Source: Gammaproteobacteria bacterium (GTDB lineage: Bacteria > Pseudomonadota > Gammaproteobacteria > Tethybacterales > CBDBMS01). Taken from it: 64,000 nucleotides of DNA. Made by a program: the position numbers and the translations under genes. The stretch is from contig CBDBMS010000003.1 in NCBI GenBank assembly GCA_965207545.1, positions 1,064,510 to 1,128,509 on the forward strand, in the 5' to 3' direction. The notes under the pieces are model-generated. The model had not been told where the DNA came from and did no database searches. It was given only the letters and a program-made list of their open reading frames with translations. Shown here piece by piece: positions 29,204-39,639 of the stretch (its first letter is position 1; every line of letters begins with the position of its first letter).

Positions 29204-29231
29204 TTGGGGTTTACAACCTCGGCATAATTGC

Positions 29232-30530
29232 ATGACCTTCCGTAAGTTCTCCCTCCTCTGTGCAATGTTGCTTCCGTTGCTTCTGCACGCTCCGGTCCGG
29301 ACTGCGGTGGACATTGACCTCAAAAGCGGAGGCACCCGGAAAATCAACATTTCTGTCGCCCAGTTCGCCAACGGGGAGACGCTCCCCACCCGCATATCCT
29401 TTGTCATCGTCAATGACCTAACCAGAAGCGGCTACTTCCGGGCGGCGATTGACAAGAGTCTGACGGCACTGCCAAACGGAACCCAACCTCTTGACTACGA
29501 CAGTCTGCGGTCAAGAAAGGTTGAGTTTGTCCTCCTGGGTAACGTCACTCCAAGCCAGGGAGGGGATGGAGCCAGGGTGGTGTTCGAACTGGTTGACACC
29601 ATCACCGAACGCTCGCTCGGCGTCTACAGTTACCGCGCCAAACTTGAAAACGTGCGCAGGATCGCCCATGAAATGTCCAATCTGATCTATGAACAGATTC
29701 TGAACGAGAGCAGTCCCTTCACTAGCAAGATCGCCTATGTCTTGAAAGGGAAGGACAGGTACGAGTTGCGCGTGGCCGACTACGACGGCTTCAACCCCCA
29801 GACGGTCATCTCCTCGCCGGAGGCCATGATGTCGCCCGAATGGAGCGCGGACGGCAACCACATACTCTACGTATCCTTTGAGAACGACAAGCCAGTCGTC
29901 TACATGGTGTCCCTGCTCAAGGGCAAGCGCAGAGTGATCGCCAACTACAAGGGCAACAACAGCGCACCGGCGATTTCGCCAGCCGGCAACATCATCGTTG
30001 CCCTGACCAAGGACGGACCCACCCAGCTGTACCGTGTCAGCCTTCTGGGAGGCGATCCGGTGCGGCTGCGCTCGAGTCTCGGCATTGATACGGAACCCGA
30101 CTTTTCTCCTGACGGCAAGCGGCTGGTTTTCATGTCCGATGCCGGCGGCTCGCCGAACATCTACCTCATGGAGCTGGACGGGGAGAACGGGGAGGCAAAG
30201 CGCATCTCCTTCAACAGCACGTACAACGTATCGCCTGCGTTCGGACCGGATGGGAACCTTGTCGCCTACGTCCTCAAGGATGCAAACGGATATAATGTGG
30301 CGGTGGCGGACATCCGAAACGGGAAACGGGCCGTGCTGACTTCAGTGCGTCTGGCCGACTCTCCGTCGTTTGCCCCAAATGGCAAAATCCTGCTTTTTAA
30401 GGATGAAACACGCCCCACTATTTTGAATACCATATCCTTTAATGATAAAATTAGAGTGCCTTTTGAGAGGCCTGAGGCTGGCGAAGTGATAGATCCTGTG
30501 TGGGGTCCGGCAGTTTCGGGCTGGTATTGA
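29232..30530 (+). CDS. tolB: TolB periplasmic beta-propeller.
   Basis: Signal peptide MTFRKFSLLCAMLLPLLLHA, then the TolB N-terminal domain and WD-like/PD40 repeats. ATG 29232 is preferred over the track's TTG at 29175. Confidence 0.9.
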   Translation: MTFRKFSLLCAMLLPLLLHAPVRTAVDIDLKSGGTRKINISVAQFANGETLPTRISFVIVNDLTRSGYFRAAIDKSLTALPNGTQPLDYDSLRSRKVEFVLLGNVTPSQGGDGARVVFELVDTITERSLGVYSYRAKLENVRRIAHEMSNLIYEQILNESSPFTSKIAYVLKGKDRYELRVADYDGFNPQTVISSPEAMMSPEWSADGNHILYVSFENDKPVVYMVSLLKGKRRVIANYKGNNSAPAISPAGNIIVALTKDGPTQLYRVSLLGGDPVRLRSSLGIDTEPDFSPDGKRLVFMSDAGGSPNIYLMELDGENGEAKRISFNSTYNVSPAFGPDGNLVAYVLKDANGYNVAVADIRNGKRAVLTSVRLADSPSFAPNGKILLFKDETRPTILNTISFNDKIRVPFERPEAGEVIDPVWGPAVSGWY

Positions 30531-30570
30531 TCGGTTATCTATAGAGAAACACTGAGAGAGGGATCGCCCA

Positions 30571-31101
30571 ATGGAGAAAAACAAAACACTTCTCATGCTC
30601 GCAATGGCAGGGATCTTGGCATGGGGCACTGGTTGCGCTTCCAAGGAAGCCCTTACAGGCAAGGAACAGGGAGATACGTCAGCCAGTTCGGATTCCTCAG
30701 GATCGGGAACCCAGTTTATCGAAAGGGACAGTGTCGGCGACGGTCGCCAGATCCAAGGCAATCTTCTCTCCAAAAGGCTGATTTTCTTTGAATACGACAA
30801 GGCTGTTGTTCCCTCCGACTATGTAACGCTGATATCGGCCCATTCCGACTTTCTGGTGGCTAACAGGGACAGGGCTTTGGTGTTGCAGGGACATGCCGAC
30901 GAACGTGGCAGTGACGAGTACAACCTTGCGCTCGCACAACGCCGCTCCGATGCGGTCAGGGAAGTGATGCTCTCTTCGGGTGTCTTTGAGCGACAGATTG
31001 AGACCGTCAGTTTTGGAGAGGCACGTCCACGTGCCTTGGGTCACAACGAGACCGCTTGGCGTGAAAACCGCCGCGTTGAAATCGTCTATACCGACGAATA
31101 G
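30571..31101 (+). CDS. pal: Peptidoglycan-associated lipoprotein Pal.
   Basis: Lipobox LAWGTGC; OmpA-like domain with FDKAVV...NLALAQRRSDAVREV...NRRVEI. GAGGG SD. Confidence 0.9.
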   Translation: MEKNKTLLMLAMAGILAWGTGCASKEALTGKEQGDTSASSDSSGSGTQFIERDSVGDGRQIQGNLLSKRLIFFEYDKAVVPSDYVTLISAHSDFLVANRDRALVLQGHADERGSDEYNLALAQRRSDAVREVMLSSGVFERQIETVSFGEARPRALGHNETAWRENRRVEIVYTDE

Positions 31102-31135
31102 GCCACCCGCCTCCACCACACTTTTCCACTCCCTT

Positions 31136-31867
31136 ATGACCCTAAAACGGCAAGGGGGTTGCTTTCTCCTGTGCTTGTTGCTGGCGATGCCGGCCTACGC
31201 ACTGCTTTTTGACGACGAGGCGCTGCAAAAGAGGCTTAGCGAACTGGAGGAACGCATCGAACGCATCGAGGCAACCATCCAGCAGCTTGCCGGCAAGCTG
31301 AACACAGCCAGTGTGAAGGATCAGGAACTGATCGACCAGATCCGCCAGTTCCAGGGGCATATCGAGGAAATTGGCCACAAGATTGACCAACATCAGTCAG
31401 TCATCCAGGATGTCGACTCCGCACTTCGAACGGAAATGCAAGACATCACTGGACGACTTCAGAAAGTCGAGGGCGCCTACGAGAGCGCATCAGCCCTTTC
31501 GGAGGACGAATACTACGAACAGGGCTACGCCAATTACCAGTCGGGAGAGTACCAAGGCGCACTCACGGATTTCTCACTACTGATAAAACACCATCCGGAA
31601 AGCATACAGGCAGCCAATGCACAGTACTGGATCGGACTTTCGAACCTTTCACTTGAAAAACACAACGATGCCATCACGACACTGATGGCCTTCATTGAAA
31701 AGCACCCAAGAAGCGATCGGGCCCCCGCTGCGATGCTCAGCCTCGCGGACGCCTACGCTGCAAAGGGAGAAAAGGGGGCCACAAAAAAGACGCTTGAGAG
31801 CCTGATCAAGGCCTATCCCTCCTCGCTTGCAGCGGACAGCGCGAGACAGCGGATCAAGTCTCTCTAA
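31136..31867 (+). CDS. cpoB: Cell division coordinator CpoB (YbgF), TPR.
   Basis: Signal peptide, coiled-coil, and C-terminal TPR (QYWIGLSNLSLEKHNDAITTL...). The internal ATG at 31136 was chosen. Confidence 0.8.
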   Translation: MTLKRQGGCFLLCLLLAMPAYALLFDDEALQKRLSELEERIERIEATIQQLAGKLNTASVKDQELIDQIRQFQGHIEEIGHKIDQHQSVIQDVDSALRTEMQDITGRLQKVEGAYESASALSEDEYYEQGYANYQSGEYQGALTDFSLLIKHHPESIQAANAQYWIGLSNLSLEKHNDAITTLMAFIEKHPRSDRAPAAMLSLADAYAAKGEKGATKKTLESLIKAYPSSLAADSARQRIKSL

Positions 31868-31882
31868 GGAAGTTAATGTAGA

Positions 31883-31910
31883 CTTCGCTTGTCATGCGAA
31901 GTTCCTTTTC
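31883..31910 (+). terminator. Hairpin plus T-tract after cpoB (end of the tol-pal transcript).
   Basis: ACTTCGC-ttgtcat-GCGAAGT then TCCTTTT. The loop contains the annotated ATG of the next gene. Confidence 0.4.
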
Positions 31911-33207
31911 CATTCACTGGTCGTTAATGTTGTTCTGTCTGGGGGCATCCATGGAACCTGTTGAAAGGGCAGAAGCTGCCTTTGAAGCCCAAAAATGGGT
32001 TCATGACGCTGGTGTTGAAATCTATTTCTATCCCGTGCCCGATCTACCCATCATAGATGCAAGCATTATCCTGGACGCCGGCTCGGCACGTGATCCGGAT
32101 GGCAAGGAAGGACTCTCCGAACTGGCGGCCACTCTGCTTTCGGCAGGAACGGCCACTCTGGATGAGGATGAGTTTGCCGAACAGCTGGCTTTTACCGGCG
32201 CTGACATTGACGCCAACGTGGACCGCGACAAGATGATCATCTCCATACGGACGCTTTCCGACACCAAGCCTAGGAAACGCGCCTTCGAGTTGTTCAGGAT
32301 GATGGTGCGGGAACCGGTCTTTCCGAAGGACATTCTGGAACGCGAGGTGAAGCGCCTGGTCCTGGGCCTGAAACAGTCCCTGACGGAACCCGGACCGGTT
32401 GTCAGGCGCGGCTTCAAGAGCGCACTGTTTGCCGATCATCCCTATGGAAAACTTATAACCGAGGATTCGCTCGTTTCGATTACGCAGGCGAACGTTGCCG
32501 ACCTCTATACGGAAAACTTTGTACGAAAAAGGATGAAGTTCGCTTTTGTCGGCGACATCTCCCGCGAGGAAATCAACGCCATGGTCGATTCGCTGTTGGA
32601 TGGTCTCAAGGCTGGTACGCCTGCCAGCCCCATTCCCGACAGGAATGAGACACCCGGAGGGGTGACCAGAAGGATCAAGCATCCGTCCGTGCAGAGCCAC
32701 ATCGTGATTGGCGCGCTTGGTCTCAAGCGCGGGGACCCAGACTACTTCAAGCTACACCTTGGCGCCGAAACGCTTGGCGGCGGAATGACATCCCGCCTTT
32801 TCCGGGAAGTTCGAGAGGAACGGGGGCTTGCATATTCAGTCTCAAGCCATTTCAATCCGACAGGCGCCAGGGGCGAATTCGTCATGTCGGCACAGACATC
32901 AAACGAACAGGCAGATAGGACCCGACAGGTCATGATCGACACGCTACGCCGGTTCATCGAGGAGGGTCCCACGGAAGAGGAGTTGGACAGGGCCAAGGAG
33001 ACTTGGAAGAAAGGGTTTGCGCTACGGTTGGACAGCAACAGGAAAATCATGGGCTACATGGAGGTCATTGCGCACTATGGGCTGCCGCTTAACTATCCTG
33101 CCTATGCGGCGAGCGAGATCGGCCGGATAAGTGCCAAGGATGTGCAAACGGCATTCCGGGAACGAATCAGCCTGGACCGGCTTGTCGAAGTCGTCGTTGG
33201 ATCCTAG
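31894..33207 (+). CDS. M16-family (pitrilysin/insulinase-like) peptidase, probably the non-catalytic type (no HxxEH seen).
   Basis: Peptidase_M16 and M16_C domain architecture (GSARDPDGKEGLSELAATLL...). Start uncertain: alternative ATGs at +33 and +57. Confidence 0.75.
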   Translation: MRSSFSIHWSLMLFCLGASMEPVERAEAAFEAQKWVHDAGVEIYFYPVPDLPIIDASIILDAGSARDPDGKEGLSELAATLLSAGTATLDEDEFAEQLAFTGADIDANVDRDKMIISIRTLSDTKPRKRAFELFRMMVREPVFPKDILEREVKRLVLGLKQSLTEPGPVVRRGFKSALFADHPYGKLITEDSLVSITQANVADLYTENFVRKRMKFAFVGDISREEINAMVDSLLDGLKAGTPASPIPDRNETPGGVTRRIKHPSVQSHIVIGALGLKRGDPDYFKLHLGAETLGGGMTSRLFREVREERGLAYSVSSHFNPTGARGEFVMSAQTSNEQADRTRQVMIDTLRRFIEEGPTEEELDRAKETWKKGFALRLDSNRKIMGYMEVIAHYGLPLNYPAYAASEIGRISAKDVQTAFRERISLDRLVEVVVGS

Positions 33208-33211
33208 TGTC

Positions 33212-33784
33212 ATGTCCTCGGTCCGGATCATTGGAGGAACGTCGCGGTCCAGAAAGATCCTCGTTCCGAACAGGGTTCGCCCGACCACCGACAGGATCCG
33301 CGAAAGCCTGTTTAACCGGCTGGGACAGGACTTAAACGGGAAACGTTGTCTGGACCTGTTTTCCGGCACTGGAGTGCTAGGTCTTGAAGCGCTTTCCCGC
33401 AACGCCACTCATGTCACGTTCGTGGAGAGATCGGCCTCCGTCCTGACACGGATCAGGAAGAGCGCAAACACCTTCCACGTCAAACCGGACAACGTCCGGT
33501 TTGACTGCTCGGACGTACACCGTTGGCTTGCGGCGAAGCGAAACGGGAAGTTCGATATCGTGTTCGTGGATCCGCCCTACTCCCACATGAAAGATGAAGG
33601 TGGCTGGCAACGGCTGCTCACACTGATAGCTTTCGTCTGTGGAGACCGAAATTCAGTCGTCTACTGCGAGTGGTGTAGCGACTTCAATCCCAGTGCATAT
33701 GGATGGAGCACGCTTCATACGGAAAAATCAGGAGGCGTCCACTGGAAACTCCTGTCACCGCAGGATCCCGGCAAAGCGGCATGA
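33212..33784 (+). CDS. rsmD: 16S rRNA (guanine966-N2)-methyltransferase RsmD.
   Basis: CLDLFSGTGVLGLEALSRNA...FVDPPY motifs. Confidence 0.85.
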   Translation: MSSVRIIGGTSRSRKILVPNRVRPTTDRIRESLFNRLGQDLNGKRCLDLFSGTGVLGLEALSRNATHVTFVERSASVLTRIRKSANTFHVKPDNVRFDCSDVHRWLAAKRNGKFDIVFVDPPYSHMKDEGGWQRLLTLIAFVCGDRNSVVYCEWCSDFNPSAYGWSTLHTEKSGGVHWKLLSPQDPGKAA

Positions 33785-34278
33785 CAATCGCAACCGTTCC
33801 CGGGACCTTTGATCCCATTACGCTTGGCCATGTGTCAATCATAGAGCGCACCTCGACGGCATTCGACAATGTACTCGTTGCTGTCGCGGCAGGAGTACAC
33901 AAGAAGACACTGTTCTCGCTGGAAGAACGGGTCGACATGGTCGAATCCTGCTTTAGGAACAACCCGAAAATCCGGATCGCTCCTGCAAAAGGACTGCTTG
34001 TGGACTTTCTTCGGGAGAACGAATCGCATGTGCTCATACGCGGTCTCAGGGCAGTCTCCGACTTCGAACTGGAAACACAGCTTGCTTTCGTCAACAAGAA
34101 ACTGTATCCGGCTCTCGAAACCATGCTGATGATGCCGGATCAGGAGTACACACACATCCACTCGACTCTCGTACGGGAAATCGCTCTCCTGAAGGGAGAC
34201 ATCAGGCCTTTCGTTCCGGGTCACATATGCGATCGGGTGGTCGAGAAACTTGCAATCCAGTATGGCGACAAGACCTAG
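33781..34278 (+). CDS. coaD: Phosphopantetheine adenylyltransferase.
   Basis: TIATVPGTFDPITLGHVSII is the (H/T)xGH motif. The ATG overlaps the rsmD stop (ATGA). Confidence 0.9.
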   Translation: MTIATVPGTFDPITLGHVSIIERTSTAFDNVLVAVAAGVHKKTLFSLEERVDMVESCFRNNPKIRIAPAKGLLVDFLRENESHVLIRGLRAVSDFELETQLAFVNKKLYPALETMLMMPDQEYTHIHSTLVREIALLKGDIRPFVPGHICDRVVEKLAIQYGDKT

Positions 34279-35818
<1,540 letters not shown>

Positions 35819-35822
<4 letters not shown>

Positions 35823-36004
35823 TCTCCGAGCTCCATCTCATGCAGTGACGGAACCGCAGTTACAGGGAGTTCCAGCGGACCCTTAACGCCGCAGCCTGTG
35901 GCAAGTGCCGCGGCTACGAGTAGAATTGCAGCCGGAAACAGCTTGGGCAGGCGGATCGGCTTTTCCGGCCGTGTTGAGCTTGCACCCCTGCTTTCAGTTC
36001 TCAT
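35819..36004 (-). CDS. LptM-like (YifL/LppL family) small lipoprotein.
   Basis: LLVAAALATGCGVKGPLELP is the lipobox plus KGPLxLP signature typical of the small lipoprotein found upstream of lysA/dapF. The N-region is unusually long, so the start is uncertain. Confidence 0.6.
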
Positions 36005-36022
36005 GGGAAAGGAGTGTACGTG

Positions 36023-36310
36023 ATGGATGAAAAGGAATATAGCCTGAACTGTAGCAAAACGTTTGCGGAAATCGAGGCCTATCTGGAGGATCAGGACGGA
36101 GATTTCGATTTCGACAACAACAACGAGATCTGTGAAGTTTCATTTGACGACGGGCGCAAGATCATAATCAGCCGCCAGCCGCCACTGAAAGAGATATGGC
36201 TGGCAGACCGTAGCGGAGGGTTTCATTTCCGCTACAAGGATGGCGTCTGGACCGACACCAAGGATGGCGTCTCCCTTTTCGAACGGCTTCGCATATGTAT
36301 CGAAGGCTAG
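36023..36310 (+). CDS. cyaY: Iron-sulfur cluster assembly protein CyaY (frataxin homologue).
   Basis: MDEKEYSLNCSKTFAEIEAYLED...KEIWLADRSGGFHF aligns with CyaY. GGAG SD 8 nt upstream; the track's GTG at 36014 is less likely. Confidence 0.85.
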   Translation: MDEKEYSLNCSKTFAEIEAYLEDQDGDFDFDNNNEICEVSFDDGRKIIISRQPPLKEIWLADRSGGFHFRYKDGVWTDTKDGVSLFERLRICIEG

Positions 36311-36313
36311 ACC

Positions 36314-38227
36314 TCAGTAACTTCCGCCAATGCGGTTTAGGATGGACGGATCGCGCAGGCCGAACACCATGTCGTAGTGGGTGGCGTTTGCAATCAGATG
36401 CTTGACGTAGAGCCTCGTTTGTGTGATGGGGATCGTCTCGATGAAAACCAGCCTCTCAATGTCCTCGCTGCGGGACTTCCATCTTTTCGGTCGTCCAGGG
36501 CCGGCATTGTAGCCCGCAGCCACTAGGATCGGATCCTTGCCAAGAGACTGCTCCAACTCGCTTATGTAGTGGGTTCCGATAGTAATGTTGGTATCGGGAC
36601 GTTTCAGCCGTGATTTCCGGTATTTTGTGAACCGGTTCTTTCTTGCAACATTCTTCGCTGTTGAGGGAAGAACCTGCATAAGTCCCTGTGCATTTGCATA
36701 GGAAACTGCATCGGGCATGAACCTGCTCTCCTGCCGCATCAGTCCGTAGACGAAGGCCAGGTCAAGACCCAATTTCTCCGCATGTTCCCCAACCAGCTCA
36801 AGATAAGGGGTGGGAAAGCGGAGCAAAAGGCTGTCGATCTCATGAGGAACCTCCTCCGCTGCAAATGTCGAAGCCAAGTACCATCCTTGCTCGTCAGCAT
36901 GCTTGGCAGCGGCAAGCTTCTCCTCAGGTGAGAGTTCCGACAGAGCCCAGCGCCATATTTTCAGTCCCTGCCAGCGCTTGCCTGCCTTTTCCACGGCGGC
37001 CGCCAGCTTCAGATTGGGATTGTTCCCGACCTTCAGGCTGATTTTGGGATCGTTGGCTGCCATTCGTCCGGTACGCACGATTTCCCTGCCAATCCGCTCG
37101 CGCGCCAGCAGACCGTAGAAATCATCTGCGTCCTCTCCAAGAGCGAGCAGGACAGCCTCTCCCTCCTCCACAAGACCGACTTTCTGTAGGGCAACTCCCT
37201 GCCAGTAGCGCCATGCGGTCACCACGGCCTGGCTTGGCGGCATGGCGGCTATTACCTCAAGCACCTCCTCCCAGTCGGTGGCGCGCAGAGCAGCCCGCAC
37301 CCTCCAAGCCCGCGCCTCGTCGTCATAGATGTCAAAAGGAACGCTTCTGAAACGCGCCAGCGCATCAGTCCGATGGAACTTGGCCAACCAGACTGCAATA
37401 GCCAACCAAACATCGTCATTGACTGATTGAGGGAAATACTCCGAGAACTTCTCCCACCTGGCCGCAACCAGAGAGGGGTTGGATCGCGCGGCAACCATTG
37501 CCGACACCGCAACCAGTTCCTTCCGTCTGCGCGTATCAAGGTTGTGCTTACCCTTGATGCGCGTGACGGCCTTGTATACCGAGTTCCTAAGCTGTCTGTT
37601 GGAGGGGCGGTCTCCCTTTGGTAGAAGCGACATTACCAGACGTGCTGATTTCATGTTCCGACCGCTGGCCTCCAGCCGGAAAGCCCTCCATATATCCTCC
37701 CGCTCAAGCAAGCCCGAGGCAGCCGATTTCCTGAACAGGTGTGTGCATACGTCTCCACCGTCCATTCCGGCCAAATACCACAGGCTACGTAGTTCGGCAG
37801 GATCCGGTTCAGGCTCGAACAACATTTCACCGCAAGCCAAGGAAGGTTCGTTTTCCTCGGAACCGCGAAAGAACTGTGAGAAGCCTGGCTGATTGCCCTT
37901 TAGTGCATAGTGGTCCGCCAAGGCGATCCGAAGCCGTTCCCGGACATACGAACTTCCCGAAGCAACGTGGAGTTCCTCCGCAAAACCGGGATCGCCATGC
38001 TTTAGACCGAAAAGCGCAATGCGGTACTCCAAGTAAAGCCGCCCACCTATATTTTCAGGAAGCGACTCTGCACGCTCCAATGCTTTGGAAACTTTTCCTC
38101 TGCGCAGATCGTCAAGACCGGACAGATAAACCGCATTTACAGCATCATCAGCGGAGACGTTCAAGGGAAACATCCCCAGAAACACAGCCAGAAGCCCAAA
38201 CGAAAAGCGTCTTTTCATGGTGGACAA
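36314..38227 (-). CDS. slt: Soluble lytic murein transglycosylase (Slt70-like).
   Basis: Signal peptide, superhelical alpha domain, and a C-terminal SLT domain: ESRFMPDAVSYANAQGLMQVLPSTA...AGYNAGPG. Confidence 0.8.
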   Translation of the reverse strand: MSTMKRRFSFGLLAVFLGMFPLNVSADDAVNAVYLSGLDDLRRGKVSKALERAESLPENIGGRLYLEYRIALFGLKHGDPGFAEELHVASGSSYVRERLRIALADHYALKGNQPGFSQFFRGSEENEPSLACGEMLFEPEPDPAELRSLWYLAGMDGGDVCTHLFRKSAASGLLEREDIWRAFRLEASGRNMKSARLVMSLLPKGDRPSNRQLRNSVYKAVTRIKGKHNLDTRRRKELVAVSAMVAARSNPSLVAARWEKFSEYFPQSVNDDVWLAIAVWLAKFHRTDALARFRSVPFDIYDDEARAWRVRAALRATDWEEVLEVIAAMPPSQAVVTAWRYWQGVALQKVGLVEEGEAVLLALGEDADDFYGLLARERIGREIVRTGRMAANDPKISLKVGNNPNLKLAAAVEKAGKRWQGLKIWRWALSELSPEEKLAAAKHADEQGWYLASTFAAEEVPHEIDSLLLRFPTPYLELVGEHAEKLGLDLAFVYGLMRQESRFMPDAVSYANAQGLMQVLPSTAKNVARKNRFTKYRKSRLKRPDTNITIGTHYISELEQSLGKDPILVAAGYNAGPGRPKRWKSRSEDIERLVFIETIPITQTRLYVKHLIANATHYDMVFGLRDPSILNRIGGSY

Positions 38228-38627
38228 TAATAAGGTATAAGCGGCATTTCGGTGCGGAAATAATGAAAAGGCAGGAACTCTCCACGGCGAGACGAAGCAC
38301 CGACTCCTACAGGCGATGGCGATCCCAACCGCGTGACAAAGATGGGCTTATACACCTAGGTTCAAGGAAACGCAGCCCATAGAGCGCACATTCATCCCAC
38401 CGTCCTAGACATGTCAAGATAAAACAGGCTGTCGGAAGGAATGTGTGATGTCGTCAAGATCGGTTGATCGCCGTTTCGGGCTTCTTAAAGCGACACTTCA
38501 ACGCGAAAGTGCATTTCCCCACAAAATCCCTGGTTTTTCAAGCGGATATTGGCTAGACCCGCTCTCTATTTTGACATTATGCATGCCAACAACCGGTGGA
38601 ACCTGCATTTTTTTAGGGTCTGGCACC

Positions 38628-38677
38628 TTGTTTTTATGAGGCAACGCCCATATAATATTTGTGTTGCATTGCACAAT
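38628..38677 (+). promoter_or_regulatory. Promoter and operator-like element of phasin paralogue 1: -35 TTGTTT, 17-nt spacer, -10 TATAAT, then TTGCATTGCACAAT.
   Basis: The 30-nt block CATATAATATTTGTGTTGCATTGCACAAT is nearly identical to the one upstream of paralogue 2. AGGAA SD follows. Confidence 0.45.
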
Positions 38678-38694
38678 AACAGGAATTTTCATCC

Positions 38695-39300
38695 ATGGTC
38701 ACTTACAACAACAAACTGTTTGAAGAGGGTGTTCAGAGGCTAACCGCCACTCAGCAACTCGTTTCCGAACAGACGGCGGAAGTCTTTCAGGCCTCGCTGA
38801 CCTCAACCATGAAACTGGCTGAAATTCAGCTTGCAGCGGCTCAGGACGCCTTCAACAGGAACCTGAGGCTTCTTGAGGAGATTAAAAGTCTGAGAAGCAG
38901 CAATGACATTGCAACGCTCCAGAAAAAGTTCTACCAGGCCGAAACCGAAACACTGCTTGACCAGTCTAGAAAAGTGACGGATGTCCTGTTTCAGATTCAG
39001 GAACAGATAGAGGTTGCTTCGAGAAAAAACCTGTCGGAAGTCAACGACACGCTTGCCAAGGCAATTGAAAGTTCATTTGGTGTTGCCAGCGGATCGTCGT
39101 ACCATCCTGCATCGTTGCTCAAGCACAGCCTTGACACGCAAAGAGATGCTTTCGAAAAAATCTATGCCTTGTTTCAGAAAAACTGGACGCAGACTGGCAC
39201 TGCCCAGGGAGTTGCGGCCAAGAAACCTGTGGCCAGAAAGCCCCGCAAGGCTCCGCCAGCTACCAAGAGAAAAGGCTCCCGGTCCAAGCGCAAGGGCTAA
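38695..39300 (+). CDS. Phasin-family (PHA granule-associated) protein with a lysine-rich histone H1-like C-terminal tail (PhaM/PhaF-like).
   Basis: Alpha-helical 201-aa protein with KLAEIQLAAAQDAF and LLDQSRKVTDVLFQIQEQ resembling the beta-proteobacterial phasin core (KLVELNLQ...). C-terminus AAKKPVARKPRKAPPATKRKGSRSKRKG. Paralogue of 39640..40233. Confidence 0.6.
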   Translation: MVTYNNKLFEEGVQRLTATQQLVSEQTAEVFQASLTSTMKLAEIQLAAAQDAFNRNLRLLEEIKSLRSSNDIATLQKKFYQAETETLLDQSRKVTDVLFQIQEQIEVASRKNLSEVNDTLAKAIESSFGVASGSSYHPASLLKHSLDTQRDAFEKIYALFQKNWTQTGTAQGVAAKKPVARKPRKAPPATKRKGSRSKRKG

Positions 39301-39370
39301 ACTTTCCAAATTTCCGGCGTTGAACCTTTTTCTACTCCCTCCTCCCTAGGATTAACGTTGGAAATCCTGA

Positions 39371-39403
39371 ACGGACATGGCCTTGGCCATGTCCGTTTTT
39401 TTC
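39371..39403 (+). terminator. Rho-independent terminator of phasin paralogue 1.
   Basis: ACGGACATGGCC-tt-GGCCATGTCCGT: a perfect 12-bp stem followed by TTTTTTT. Confidence 0.7.
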
Positions 39404-39577
39404 ATTCTTTCCTCAAGGAGCCGGTTTTCGAGCCTCCGAGGCTCAAGTTGCTTTCAGCAACACTTGCTGTTGCGTTGCAAAAAGAGCGGAACGGGCAGGC
39501 AAACTCGTGCTTTTTAACCTAAAAGATAAATAAATTACAGTGCAATACAGAATCAATGGATTTTTTGTCCATTAGGC

Positions 39578-39627
39578 CTTGTTTTCTCAAATCTTGAGCA
39601 TATAATATTTATATTGCAATGCACAAT
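39578..39627 (+). promoter_or_regulatory. Promoter and operator-like element of phasin paralogue 2: -35 TTGTTT, 17-nt spacer, -10 TATAAT, then TTGCAATGCACAAT.
   Basis: Same architecture and near-identical sequence as 38628..38677. Confidence 0.45.
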
Positions 39628-39639
39628 TGAAGGAAACAC

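Noticed and set aside
38619-38640. Sigma-54 promoter (TGGCAC...) upstream of phasin paralogue 1
   Set aside because: TGGCAC is present, but the -12 region lacks the required GC (TTGCW) at the proper spacing. The sigma70-type -35/-10 explains the region better.
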